From: a virus | Taxonomy: Duplodnaviria; Caudoviricetes | Virus record (IMG/VR): IMGVR_UViG_3300030330_006019 | Location: 32,001 to 96,000 of that record | DNA: 64,000 nucleotides | Direction: 5' to 3' (one strand) | In this document: positions 38,822 to 47,650 of the stretch, one piece after another | How the letters are laid out: each line of letters opens with the position of its first letter | Numbering within the stretch: the stretch's first letter is position 1 | Translations under genes and position numbers: made by a program | The notes under the pieces: model-generated | What the model was told of the DNA's origin: nothing | The model's input: only the letters and a program-made list of their open reading frames with translations | The model's database searches: none

Positions 38822-39258
38822 TATTGTATCCCAGTACTACCAAATCCACCTGTTCCTCTGGTTGAATCAGAGTTATACAAGTTAGATTCGTCTACTTCTT
38901 CTAAATTAGGTGGTCCTAATGGCAATAAAACAAACTGAACTATTTTATCACCTGGATTGATATACACAGTATTCTTTCCATAATTAAATAAGTGTATATG
39001 TACCTCTCCTTGATAACCACAATCAACAACACAAGCTCCAACTTGCAATTCACGAATAGTTGCAATTCCAGATTTATTAAATGCTATTAAAGCATAACCC
39101 TCAGGTACATCAACTTTAATACCAGATGGAATTAGACACTTTTCATTTGACCTTAATTCGGTTACAACCATATCATTTGGTACAAAAAAGTCAATACCAG
39201 CATCTGTTGGATTTGCCCGTGTTGGTGTTTTTACATCTCTTACTTTTGAAAACTTCAT
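38821..39258 (-). CDS. dut: Trimeric dUTPase
   Basis: DAGIDF, KSG, VVDCGYQGE, KIVQ, RGTGGFGSTG; start moved to MKFSKV with GGAG RBS. Confidence 0.93.
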   Translation of the reverse strand: MKFSKVRDVKTPTRANPTDAGIDFFVPNDMVVTELRSNEKCLIPSGIKVDVPEGYALIAFNKSGIATIRELQVGACVVDCGYQGEVHIHLFNYGKNTVYINPGDKIVQFVLLPLGPPNLEEVDESNLYNSDSTRGTGGFGSTGIQ

Positions 39259-39440
39259 TTTACAATCTCCTCTTTTTCTCTTGCCTTTATATCGCATTCA
39301 GCCAACACATCACCAATCACTTTTTTACTTGATGGAGAAAGTTCGCCATACTCCAATTTACTCAATGCGTTTTGTAAAGCAACCTTAACCCAAGCTTTTT
39401 TATAAGTTGGATTCCATTTACGTACTAATTTTTTAGCCAT
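39255..39440 (-). CDS. Small hypothetical protein
   Basis: 61-aa ORF coupled to neighbours. Confidence 0.55.
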   Translation of the reverse strand: MAKKLVRKWNPTYKKAWVKVALQNALSKLEYGELSPSSKKVIGDVLAECDIKAREKEEIVK

Positions 39441-39717
39441 TATCTTTTTCCTTTATATAGTTATCTAATCCTCCTAAATATGCAACTGCATCTAATAAAT
39501 TATCTTCTCTATAATTATATGAGTGTCTAGATAATTTTAGTGCAATTAATGCAGCATACATATCTTCTGCTACAAAATCCTTTCCAGTCATGCCACTTGC
39601 GATTTTAGCCGCACGTTCCATTCCTTCACTAAAAGGTCCATACTGTCTTTCCTTTTCTTCAGAGCGATTGTTTATTATACCATCTGCCCTTTTAAGTATT
39701 GATTCTTTCTTTTTCAT
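39433..39717 (-). CDS. DUF6378-like protein
   Basis: SILKRA..I...RQYG...LKLSR...DNLLDAVAY pattern. Confidence 0.75.
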   Translation of the reverse strand: MKKKESILKRADGIINNRSEEKERQYGPFSEGMERAAKIASGMTGKDFVAEDMYAALIALKLSRHSYNYREDNLLDAVAYLGGLDNYIKEKDNG

Positions 39718-40583
39718 ATAAATAATTTTTTACTAATATCATTTGCATATTCACCAATCTGTTCTTTTGTCATATCTTTTTCTGGTAAATACATCTTGTT
39801 TTGTTGTATATAATCTAATGTTACATGGTCATTTAACTTATAATACTTTCCATAGTATTCTGTGTCTTCACTATCAATTGATAAAATATTATGTGCCATT
39901 TCATTATGCATTTCATATAGGTGTAAACTTCCTGCATGGTGATAATATGAACCAAGTTCTAAATCTGGGTATACAGTTTTTAATTCATTATACATTAATT
40001 GTTGAAATAAACAAAATATGAAAATATCATTTGACATTCCAAAAATAATATCATTACTTCTCATACTTACACCCATATGAAGTTTATTATTTCTTATAAA
40101 AAACTGCAAGTATTGTGTACATGGTATATCGTTTGGATTTTTTGTTTTATGATATGGTTGTCCTATAACAAATGTTGCACGTCGACTATCTTTATCTTTT
40201 GTCAATTCATTTACAGACCAGTTCCATTGATTTCCAAAAACATAACAGCCATAATTTGATTCTACATTATCTTCACCATCCTTTATGTTTAACCAAATTC
40301 TTGCAAATTTACCAATATTTGTTGCATTAGGATTTCTTGACAAATACCAAAGAAATTCTGCTAACGTATATGTTTCATTAAATTTTCTACTTGGCCACCA
40401 AATACCTAAATCTGTCGGGTTGTCTATAACAAAACTTCTAAATAAAACTTCTTTTTGGTTTGTTCCACGACTTTGTACAGTGTTTGTTTGATTTACAATA
40501 TTTTGTAATTCCCAGTAAAATGCTTCATGTAAATTTGTATATCTACCTGTTTCTATTTTTGGTACTGACCAGTATTTTCTCAT
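39714..40583 (-). CDS. Thymidylate-synthase-superfamily dCMP hydroxymethylase-like enzyme (T4 gp42-like)
   Basis: EFLWY, VESNYG, DSRRA, PCT, MRSNDIIFGMSND (Asp at the dCMP-specificity position), GSLHLY. Confidence 0.8.
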   Translation of the reverse strand: MRKYWSVPKIETGRYTNLHEAFYWELQNIVNQTNTVQSRGTNQKEVLFRSFVIDNPTDLGIWWPSRKFNETYTLAEFLWYLSRNPNATNIGKFARIWLNIKDGEDNVESNYGCYVFGNQWNWSVNELTKDKDSRRATFVIGQPYHKTKNPNDIPCTQYLQFFIRNNKLHMGVSMRSNDIIFGMSNDIFIFCLFQQLMYNELKTVYPDLELGSYYHHAGSLHLYEMHNEMAHNILSIDSEDTEYYGKYYKLNDHVTLDYIQQNKMYLPEKDMTKEQIGEYANDISKKLFI

Positions 40584-40613
40584 AATGTGTAACCTGTTTT
40601 AATTTATTTAATC

Positions 40614-40645
40614 TAATATAACAAAAATTATTGGGATAAAAAAAT
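40614..40645 (-). promoter_or_regulatory. Class A promoter-like motif upstream of dCMP-hydroxymethylase-like gene
   Basis: Minus TTTTTTTATCCCAATAATTTTTGTTATATTA. Confidence 0.65.
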
Positions 40646-41482
40646 ATTTTTAGAGATTTTTTTGTCATCAATGTAATATTCTCTAAGTTCATTACAACGA
40701 ATCAAAACCTTGCCTAAACTCATACCTAGATTCCATTGTGAATGTATACCTAATAAATCAAACTTTCTAAATGAATTTAATCTTAAATTATCCAATATTT
40801 GTATTGTATTATTTGAATCTATGACTTTATTTTCATCTATTGATTTTTCATGTATTTTTCTCATTGCATAATATATAACATTTTCACCAGAATATATCTT
40901 TTTGTAATATGGTTTTCCAATACTATATACAACATCAAAAATTTGGTTCATTCCACCAACTTCTGAATTTTTACAAATGTATTGATAGCCTTCAACAAAT
41001 TCACTAACATCTGGTTTAATGTCTCTTAAATTGTGACACCACAATACCCTATCATAATTTTCTAAATCATCTAAATTTTCTAATGTTGATTTTATATTTA
41101 CATGTTTCAATAAAACATCTTTTAGAAATTGTAAACTCTCAAATGCTGACAAATCATTTATAGATATATAATTTACCTCATGTGACAAATTATCAATATA
41201 GCTTTTTTCTACTACTGACTTTCCTCTTGTATGTATACACCATATATTTACAAATGTATCATCAAATTTTGCTGAAAGCTTTCCACGATTATCAAAACAA
41301 CACTTAAATGATTTAATTGAAAAATCTAACTTTAATTCTTTAAGAATATCAATAACCGATACTGTTGTTGGTATATGCGTATAGTCTTCAATGATTTTTG
41401 AGTTATAATTATATAAATCTAAATCCTTAAATATATACGATGCAAAAAGTGCTGTTAAATTATTTCCAACTATACACTTCAT
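40628..41482 (-). CDS. Hypothetical protein, possibly a degenerate FAD-dependent oxidoreductase
   Basis: N-terminal CIVGNNLTAL resembles an eroded GxGxxG; C-terminal LLGIHSQW resembles LLGRxAxW. Confidence 0.45.
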   Translation of the reverse strand: MKCIVGNNLTALFASYIFKDLDLYNYNSKIIEDYTHIPTTVSVIDILKELKLDFSIKSFKCCFDNRGKLSAKFDDTFVNIWCIHTRGKSVVEKSYIDNLSHEVNYISINDLSAFESLQFLKDVLLKHVNIKSTLENLDDLENYDRVLWCHNLRDIKPDVSEFVEGYQYICKNSEVGGMNQIFDVVYSIGKPYYKKIYSGENVIYYAMRKIHEKSIDENKVIDSNNTIQILDNLRLNSFRKFDLLGIHSQWNLGMSLGKVLIRCNELREYYIDDKKISKNIFLSQ

Positions 41483-41484
41483 AA

Positions 41485-41673
41485 CTAATCTATGATTTTA
41501 ACTGTAAAGGATTTTAGGCCTTTATATTTCATATCACTCATTGCATTACATAATACGTACTGTACATTTCTTTCAATTGTATTATGTCCATCATTGTCCA
41601 CTATGACCTCTTTCATAGCAGGGCCTGAATTTAATTTAACAGGTTGAGAAAATTTTATCTTTACACTTTTCAT
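41485..41673 (-). CDS. Small hypothetical protein
   Basis: ORF coupled to cysteine synthase stop. Confidence 0.55.
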   Translation of the reverse strand: MKSVKIKFSQPVKLNSGPAMKEVIVDNDGHNTIERNVQYVLCNAMSDMKYKGLKSFTVKIID

Positions 41674-42566
41674 AAGCAACTAAAATACCTTTCACCTCTA
41701 TCACAAAGGATTGTTATTGCATGTTTACAATCATTGTCTCTTAACCATTCAAATGCTGCCTTAACATTTGCACCTGCACTTATTCCTACAAACAGTCCAA
41801 ACCTATGTGCTAAATGGCGTGCTACTTTTCTTGCACAATTTGTATGTACTGTTTTTATTTCAGTAATTTTTTGCAAATCAACTAGAAATTTACTACCATC
41901 TCCAATACCTTGTATTCCATGAAGTCCTGCTTCACCACCTGACATTACTGCTGACTCTTCTGGTTCAACTGCTACTAAATTCATTCCTGGATAATGTTCT
42001 CTAAGATATTTTCCACAACCCATTATTGTTCCGCCTGTACCTGTTCCTGCTACAAATGCTTGTGGCCAACCTATATTTTGATCAAGTTGTTGTCTAATTT
42101 GTTTTTCTATTTCTGGTCCAGTATTTTTATAGTGTGCTTCAATGTTCAAGGGGTTATGAAATTGATTACAATTGAACCAACCCATCTTTTCACACATTTC
42201 ATCTCTTACCCGTATTGCATTGTCAAAGTCACCTTCCTTAACTTCTATCAAATGAGCACCATAAAACTTCATCATTCGTTTTCTTTCTTCAGACATATTT
42301 GAAGGCATAATGATTGTCATTTGATAACCTCTCTCTGCTGCTAACATAGCAAAAGCAATTCCTGTATTTCCAGAAGTTGCTTCACAAAGTACATCACCTT
42401 TTCTTATTAGATTATTATTTTCTGCATGGTTCAGTATATGAGTTGCCATTCTGTCTTTAACAGAACCGCCAGGATTCATAAATTCACATTTACCCCAAAC
42501 TGTATAACCACCCATTGTAATTGGTATCAATGGTGTATTTCCTACATAACTACTTAACATTTTCAT
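41670..42566 (-). CDS. cysK: Cysteine synthase (O-acetylserine sulfhydrylase) family
   Basis: VGNTPL, NPGGSVKDR, EATSGNTG, NQFHNP, GTGTGGT, HGIQGIG, CDRGERY. Confidence 0.92.
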   Translation of the reverse strand: MKMLSSYVGNTPLIPITMGGYTVWGKCEFMNPGGSVKDRMATHILNHAENNNLIRKGDVLCEATSGNTGIAFAMLAAERGYQMTIIMPSNMSEERKRMMKFYGAHLIEVKEGDFDNAIRVRDEMCEKMGWFNCNQFHNPLNIEAHYKNTGPEIEKQIRQQLDQNIGWPQAFVAGTGTGGTIMGCGKYLREHYPGMNLVAVEPEESAVMSGGEAGLHGIQGIGDGSKFLVDLQKITEIKTVHTNCARKVARHLAHRFGLFVGISAGANVKAAFEWLRDNDCKHAITILCDRGERYFSCL

Positions 42567-42775
42567 TAACTATCAATCCATATATCCATCTCTGCTGGTG
42601 TAGGATATCTTAATCTCAATCCACATTCATTGCATTCCCACATAGCTGAATTTTTTTGGTCCATTTTTATTTGTTTATTTTTGTGTTTACACTCATTCTG
42701 TAATTCAGATAATTCTAATTTTTTTGCTTTAATTTCATCTTGTAAAATTTTAGCTTTATGAGTTATTGTTTTCAT
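42566..42775 (-). CDS. Small zinc-finger hypothetical protein
   Basis: CKH...CNECG. Confidence 0.6.
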   Translation of the reverse strand: MKTITHKAKILQDEIKAKKLELSELQNECKHKNKQIKMDQKNSAMWECNECGLRLRYPTPAEMDIWIDS

Positions 42776-42938
42776 ATGGGCAATGTCTACATCCGCTTTT
42801 ACAACAGTAACCTCGGTTTAGATGGTAATCTTCTGTCATTACCATTTTTCCATTTTCCCAATAATAATCTTTGGTTGATGATTTATTAATTGTTTCCCTA
42901 ATATATAACTCTTCTATCCAACCCCTAAGTAATTTCAC
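42756..42938 (-). CDS. DUF5522-like Cys-rich protein
   Basis: DYYWENGKMVMTEDYHLNRGYCCKSGCRHCPY; probable GTG start with GGAGG RBS inside the end of nrdJ. Confidence 0.75.
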   Translation of the reverse strand: MKLLRGWIEELYIRETINKSSTKDYYWENGKMVMTEDYHLNRGYCCKSGCRHCPYENNNS

Positions 42939-44784
42939 AGCTGCCTCCTGCACAAGCTAGCTCGCCAGATAAATTAGTATTGTCCTCTAACTCTACAACA
43001 TTAGATAAATCAACTTCAGTTAGTGATTTCATCATTTCATTGTATGTGTCTTCATCTATATCTTCAAATGGAGCTTGTGTATATGTTCCACCATCATACG
43101 GTAAAACTGATAGCCCATTGTAATGTTTTCTATTTTCCCACATCCATTCGCCTGCCAAAGTCCAATCATCTTCTTTCAAACTAACAGTTGCAGAAACATT
43201 ATGAGAATTTGAACCTTTTCTATGTCCTGATTTTACCCATTCAGTTGCAACTCTCTTAACTCTATCTAAAAGTTGAAAAGGTGATTCCGTTCTAAGTATA
43301 GAGCCTTCTGGAGCTTTTTGTGGTACCTGAATAACAGCTGTATCATGTGGTCTAAAATATTCATCTTCAACAAGTGCTGGGTGGTTTTCTTTTAGGTAAT
43401 TATATATTGATTCATTTTTACCTACACGTATTCTTCTAATATAATAATTGTTATGCCATGCATGAATACCACTGCTTGTGCCAAGAACAAGGGATGTTGT
43501 TCCAGCCGGTTTTACAGTTGTTGTTCTAGCCGATTGATTTATTTCTATAAGTTTTGCAATTCTTGTGTTTTCCCTTTTTACAACACTTGCAGCTTTTTTC
43601 ATATCATATCCAAGAACAGTGCCACTACCAATACCTGTCATAGATACTCCAATTAAAGCTTCCTTTTCTGTTGTTTCTTGCCAAACTGGTCTAAGATAAT
43701 GAAAATCAGTATACCCTGCTTGGAGTGTACCTATAAATGCTGCTGCTTTAACTCTTTCATTTAAGTCATCTTGTGATTCTATATTACTTACATTTACTTC
43801 ACATAAGTTACAAAATTGAAATGGCCTTAAAGCAATTTCACAACAAGGATTAGTTCCCCAATCTTTGTCATTGTTAAAGTAAATTCCAGGTTCACCTGCC
43901 CCGGATAATTCTACACGTTTCCAAAGATCCAAGAAAAATTCTTTTGTAATTTTATGTCTCATTAAGCAAGCTGAGTTATTTGCTCTACCACGTTGTGGAT
44001 TTAATTCCCACCATTGGCCTGATTTGCAAGCAATCATTTGGTCATCATCTGCACTAAACAAACTAATTAAAGCAGCTCTTCTAATACCACCAGCCAATAC
44101 CGCATCTGCAATATGGCATACAATATCATGTGCTTCTAATGTTGTAAGCTTATCACCAGATTCTTTCTGTTCTAAAATACCTTTTACCTTTAGTATACAC
44201 TCTTTTAGTGGTTGAGGTCCAGGTGCCTTTCCACCAGATGTAACAAGCATTGCACCTTTAGGTCTAATGTCAGAAAAGTCAAATTCTATTTTACTACCAC
44301 CACCATTCATATAAGACTTCATTAATACCTTTATTGCATCGGCCCAGCCTTCAATACTATCACCGATTAAAAATCTTTTCTTTCTTTTTGGATATGGTCT
44401 TTGAATCATTGGCAATTTTTCTACATGGTGTTTTTGTACTGAATAACCTACACCAGTTCCACCTAACAACAAAAACATAGTTTCACTAAAAGCATCAATA
44501 GAATCTATAGGAAGATATGCACAATTATATATTCTATTAGGTGATATTTCAATTGGCTTACCACCAAATTGTAAACTACGCATAGATGGAAGTACTTTTT
44601 TATCATATACTAAATTATATTTTTCCTCTATTTCATCCTTCAGTTGTGGATATTTTTTAATATGCATGTTCTTATTACGTGTAACCAATTCTTTCCACGT
44701 TTCTCTTCTTCCAAGTTCTGGAATAAATTTTGCGTACTTCATATGTACGGTTATATTCGATAAAATCTGATTAGATACTTCCAT
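42925..44784 (-). CDS. nrdJ: Class II (adenosylcobalamin-dependent) ribonucleotide reductase
   Basis: PSMR, YNCA, GTGVG, RRAA, TNPCCEI, TVKPAGT, C-terminal CAGGSCE; no beta subunit nearby. Confidence 0.92.
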   Translation of the reverse strand: MEVSNQILSNITVHMKYAKFIPELGRRETWKELVTRNKNMHIKKYPQLKDEIEEKYNLVYDKKVLPSMRSLQFGGKPIEISPNRIYNCAYLPIDSIDAFSETMFLLLGGTGVGYSVQKHHVEKLPMIQRPYPKRKKRFLIGDSIEGWADAIKVLMKSYMNGGGSKIEFDFSDIRPKGAMLVTSGGKAPGPQPLKECILKVKGILEQKESGDKLTTLEAHDIVCHIADAVLAGGIRRAALISLFSADDDQMIACKSGQWWELNPQRGRANNSACLMRHKITKEFFLDLWKRVELSGAGEPGIYFNNDKDWGTNPCCEIALRPFQFCNLCEVNVSNIESQDDLNERVKAAAFIGTLQAGYTDFHYLRPVWQETTEKEALIGVSMTGIGSGTVLGYDMKKAASVVKRENTRIAKLIEINQSARTTTVKPAGTTSLVLGTSSGIHAWHNNYYIRRIRVGKNESIYNYLKENHPALVEDEYFRPHDTAVIQVPQKAPEGSILRTESPFQLLDRVKRVATEWVKSGHRKGSNSHNVSATVSLKEDDWTLAGEWMWENRKHYNGLSVLPYDGGTYTQAPFEDIDEDTYNEMMKSLTEVDLSNVVELEDNTNLSGELACAGGSCEIT

Positions 44785-44823
44785 TTCTTCTTTCCTCTTT
44801 AATTTATAAAACTAACATTACTG

Positions 44824-44850
44824 AAAAAAATAACCGGCTAATTGCCAGTC
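44824..44850 (-). terminator. Rho-independent terminator-like hairpin after helicase
   Basis: Minus strand GACTGGC-AATTA-GCCGGTT followed by ATTTTTTT. Confidence 0.6.
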
Positions 44851-44882
44851 TGTAATAAATATCAAAATATATTTATATAAAG

Positions 44883-46244
44883 TCAACTTTTGTTATCTTT
44901 ATCAAGTTCTTTGTACTTATTTTTTAACATTTTTCTCAAGTATTCATTATGATTATTCATGTCCTTTTGAGTCTCTTGTCCTTGCACAGAATTAGACTCA
45001 TATATTTGCATTTGGCCGTTTGACATATTTGCTTTACTTGGAAAAGTAATTCCATCTGGTCCAAACCTATTTTTTATAACATGCCATCTTCCTGTGCCTG
45101 CCAACTTATCCTCTATTTTTCTACTTAATGAAACAACAAAATCTGCTGTCATTATTTTTGCATATGATTCTGCAATCTTTTCTGCTCCAATAACATCTTC
45201 TTCTAAAGCAGAACGATTTGCTTGAGATGCGGTCCAAACCGGAATTTCATGTTCACCAGCCAATCCTCTAAGGTCTTCATAAATGTTGCCTAGCATATGT
45301 CGTACTTCACGGCCTCCACTTATGTCTCTTAATAAATCAGCATAGTCAACTATTACTAAATCCGGCTTAAACCCTTGCACCCTACACTTTTCAATATGTG
45401 CACCAATTGTTGATACTGAAGCAGACTTTGTTGGGTATTGTTTTATTATCAAATCACCTTTCATATTTCCAACTGTCTTTTTAACTTCTTCAATATTGTA
45501 CTTCAAATCTTGTGCTGATATTCCAGTAAATACACTATCATATCTTAAACCTACATATGCCTCATTTAATTCCAATGTATAGTGTATAACATTTAACCCA
45601 GCCTTTGCAGCATTTGCACCAACATTAACCAATGCCCATGACTTACCAATACCTGCAGGTGCAACAAATACTCCTAATTCACCTTTCCCTAAACCACCAT
45701 CAGCTATATCATCTATAACATCCCAGCCAGTTGTTATTGTGTTTCTTACAGATTCTGAATATCTTTCATCAATTTCATCTTTATATTCATGACCTACATC
45801 CTTCTCTACACCAGCTTTCATAGCTGCATCAACGGTTGATTTTATTCCATCAAAATCATTTAGTTTCAACAATTCAACGGATTCCATAATTGCAGACTTA
45901 ATACATTGGTTTTTACAAAAATCAAGTGTTTGTTGTTTTACAAAATCCAAATCTGAAGATTCTAAATTTCTATATGCATCCTTTAATGTATCAACTACAG
46001 TTTGAGTTAGTAGTTCACTTTCTATTTCTGCAACCTTGACCTTCATTACTTCTAATGTTGGTGGAGATTTATACTCATTAAAATAGTTTTGTATTTCCTT
46101 TATGATAAAAAAGTTTGCTTCATTTTCAAACATTTTAGGGTCAAGAATGTCATTGATTTGTTGAAGGAAAGCCTTATCTGTAAACAGTGCGGCTATCAAT
46201 TTTATTTGAAATAAATTTCCGTAATCTGCTAGTCTACTTGTCAT
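44883..46244 (-). CDS. Replicative DnaB-like (T4 gp41-type) helicase
   Basis: APAGIGKS, YTLEL, IVDYADLL, WTASQANR, KNRFG. Confidence 0.93.
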   Translation of the reverse strand: MTSRLADYGNLFQIKLIAALFTDKAFLQQINDILDPKMFENEANFFIIKEIQNYFNEYKSPPTLEVMKVKVAEIESELLTQTVVDTLKDAYRNLESSDLDFVKQQTLDFCKNQCIKSAIMESVELLKLNDFDGIKSTVDAAMKAGVEKDVGHEYKDEIDERYSESVRNTITTGWDVIDDIADGGLGKGELGVFVAPAGIGKSWALVNVGANAAKAGLNVIHYTLELNEAYVGLRYDSVFTGISAQDLKYNIEEVKKTVGNMKGDLIIKQYPTKSASVSTIGAHIEKCRVQGFKPDLVIVDYADLLRDISGGREVRHMLGNIYEDLRGLAGEHEIPVWTASQANRSALEEDVIGAEKIAESYAKIMTADFVVSLSRKIEDKLAGTGRWHVIKNRFGPDGITFPSKANMSNGQMQIYESNSVQGQETQKDMNNHNEYLRKMLKNKYKELDKDNKS

Positions 46245-47283
46245 ATGTCATTCCTGCATAAGAGTCTAATGGTAAAAATACTTGTTTTAACCATAAGTCT
46301 GGGTTTTTAATTGAGCCATTTATTTTATCTTCTAATACCATTTTTTGGAATTCATATTTAACCAATCTCTGTATTGGTGACCTAACTGTGTCCATTATTT
46401 TTGTCTTTGCTGAACCAGATATATCAACTTCATTTAGCTGCATTAATTTATAATTCATATCTAACAATTCCTTAGACTCGGATATTGTTTTTAGTATTTT
46501 ATACTTTGAGTTTTTTTCTGTAAAGTCAATTATTTCATCAATAGTTATTGTTCTATCTTCAGTTATTATAGGTATTCTATTTGCAATTGTTTTTCTGCCT
46601 GCACCTCGTATTCCAGGTATATTATCTGATGCATCTCCTTCAATTGTCCTATATAGTAAAAAGTTATGTGATGGTATACCATACTCTTCCATTATAGTTT
46701 CCTTAAAATAAAATTTCTTTTTTGTTGGCGACCATATATGAACCTTATCAGATACAAGTTGAAGAAAATCCCTATCTGTTGACATAATAAATTTTTGACT
46801 ATTCGGATATACTTGTTGAGAAATATACGCCATACTATCATCTGCTTCAATATTTTCTACACTTAAAACTGTAAGTGGTAATTGTTGCATGTATTGTGCA
46901 CAACGCATTAATTGTTGTTTCATAGACAATGATTCATCTTCCAATGTATTGTGATTACCATGTCTTGTTAGTCTTGACCTAACTCTACGATTTGCTTTAT
47001 AATCTGGAAATATTTTTCTTCTTCTTTGGCTGCCACCTTTTCCATCAAAGCAAACAATAACTCGAGTTGGTTTAATATTTTTAATTGCATAGCCAATAGA
47101 CATTAATGTACCAGTTATTCCACCAACATGTATACCATCATCATTTGTTACTGGGTTTGCTGCAAAGGCTCTGATAAATGTGTTTAGTCCATCAACTATT
47201 AGTATCCTATCATTAGGATTTGAAGGGTTGTCTTTGTTTTCCTCCAATGTTTCTAGTATTGAAAAGTATCTGTTTTTTGACAT
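46234..47283 (-). CDS. 5'-3' exonuclease / RNase H (FEN-like)
   Basis: IVDGLN, FDG, YKANR, EADD, STDRDFLQL, GDASDNIPGIRGAG. Confidence 0.93.
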   Translation of the reverse strand: MSKNRYFSILETLEENKDNPSNPNDRILIVDGLNTFIRAFAANPVTNDDGIHVGGITGTLMSIGYAIKNIKPTRVIVCFDGKGGSQRRRKIFPDYKANRRVRSRLTRHGNHNTLEDESLSMKQQLMRCAQYMQQLPLTVLSVENIEADDSMAYISQQVYPNSQKFIMSTDRDFLQLVSDKVHIWSPTKKKFYFKETIMEEYGIPSHNFLLYRTIEGDASDNIPGIRGAGRKTIANRIPIITEDRTITIDEIIDFTEKNSKYKILKTISESKELLDMNYKLMQLNEVDISGSAKTKIMDTVRSPIQRLVKYEFQKMVLEDKINGSIKNPDLWLKQVFLPLDSYAGMTYDK

Positions 47284-47306
47284 ATGCTATTATCTTTTAT
47301 TTATTA

Positions 47307-47338
47307 TAATATAACTAAAATATTTGGGATAAAAAAAT
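47307..47338 (-). promoter_or_regulatory. Class A promoter-like motif upstream of 5'-3' exonuclease
   Basis: Minus TTTTTTTATCCCAAATATTTTAGTTATATTA. Confidence 0.65.
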
Positions 47339-47347
47339 ATTTTTGGT

Positions 47348-47385
47348 AAAAAAAGCCCCTTCATTGTGAAACAAATCCAGGGCTT
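47348..47385 (-). terminator. Rho-independent terminator closing the ssb-recA unit
   Basis: Minus strand AAGCCCT...AGGGGCTT followed by a T run. Confidence 0.65.
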
Positions 47386-47638
47386 CCAAGCTGATATAGT
47401 ATATGTTTATAGTATCTCCAACAGTGACGATTAGAGAACAATTGGTATCAGCCACATATACCTTAATCATTAATTTTCTTTGGGGTCACTTGGCCAAAGA
47501 TAAATCACTTGTTAACAACATTGGTCGGTTAAATAAATCATTCTATAAGTGCGGATTTTTAACCTTAACATCCTACGCCACGAGAAGGCTGTTGTTGTGT
47601 AGGACGAAGTAAAAGGTGGGGTTAACCACCAATTACTT
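47348..47638 (-). ncRNA. Candidate structured non-coding RNA
   Basis: Longest intergenic gap in the window, GC-richer than flanks, six or more stems in series plus loop-loop complementarity; family not recognised. Confidence 0.55.
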
Positions 47639-47650
47639 ATTCATAACCTA

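Noticed and set aside
39714-40583. Annotation as ordinary thymidylate synthase ThyA
   Set aside because: It has Asp rather than Asn at the substrate-specificity position, a gp42-like SNYG motif, and a BGT-like neighbour.
47403-47612. 69-aa plus-strand ORF in the recA-exonuclease gap
   Set aside because: Opposite strand to every other gene, no RBS or motif; the region is better explained by nested stems.
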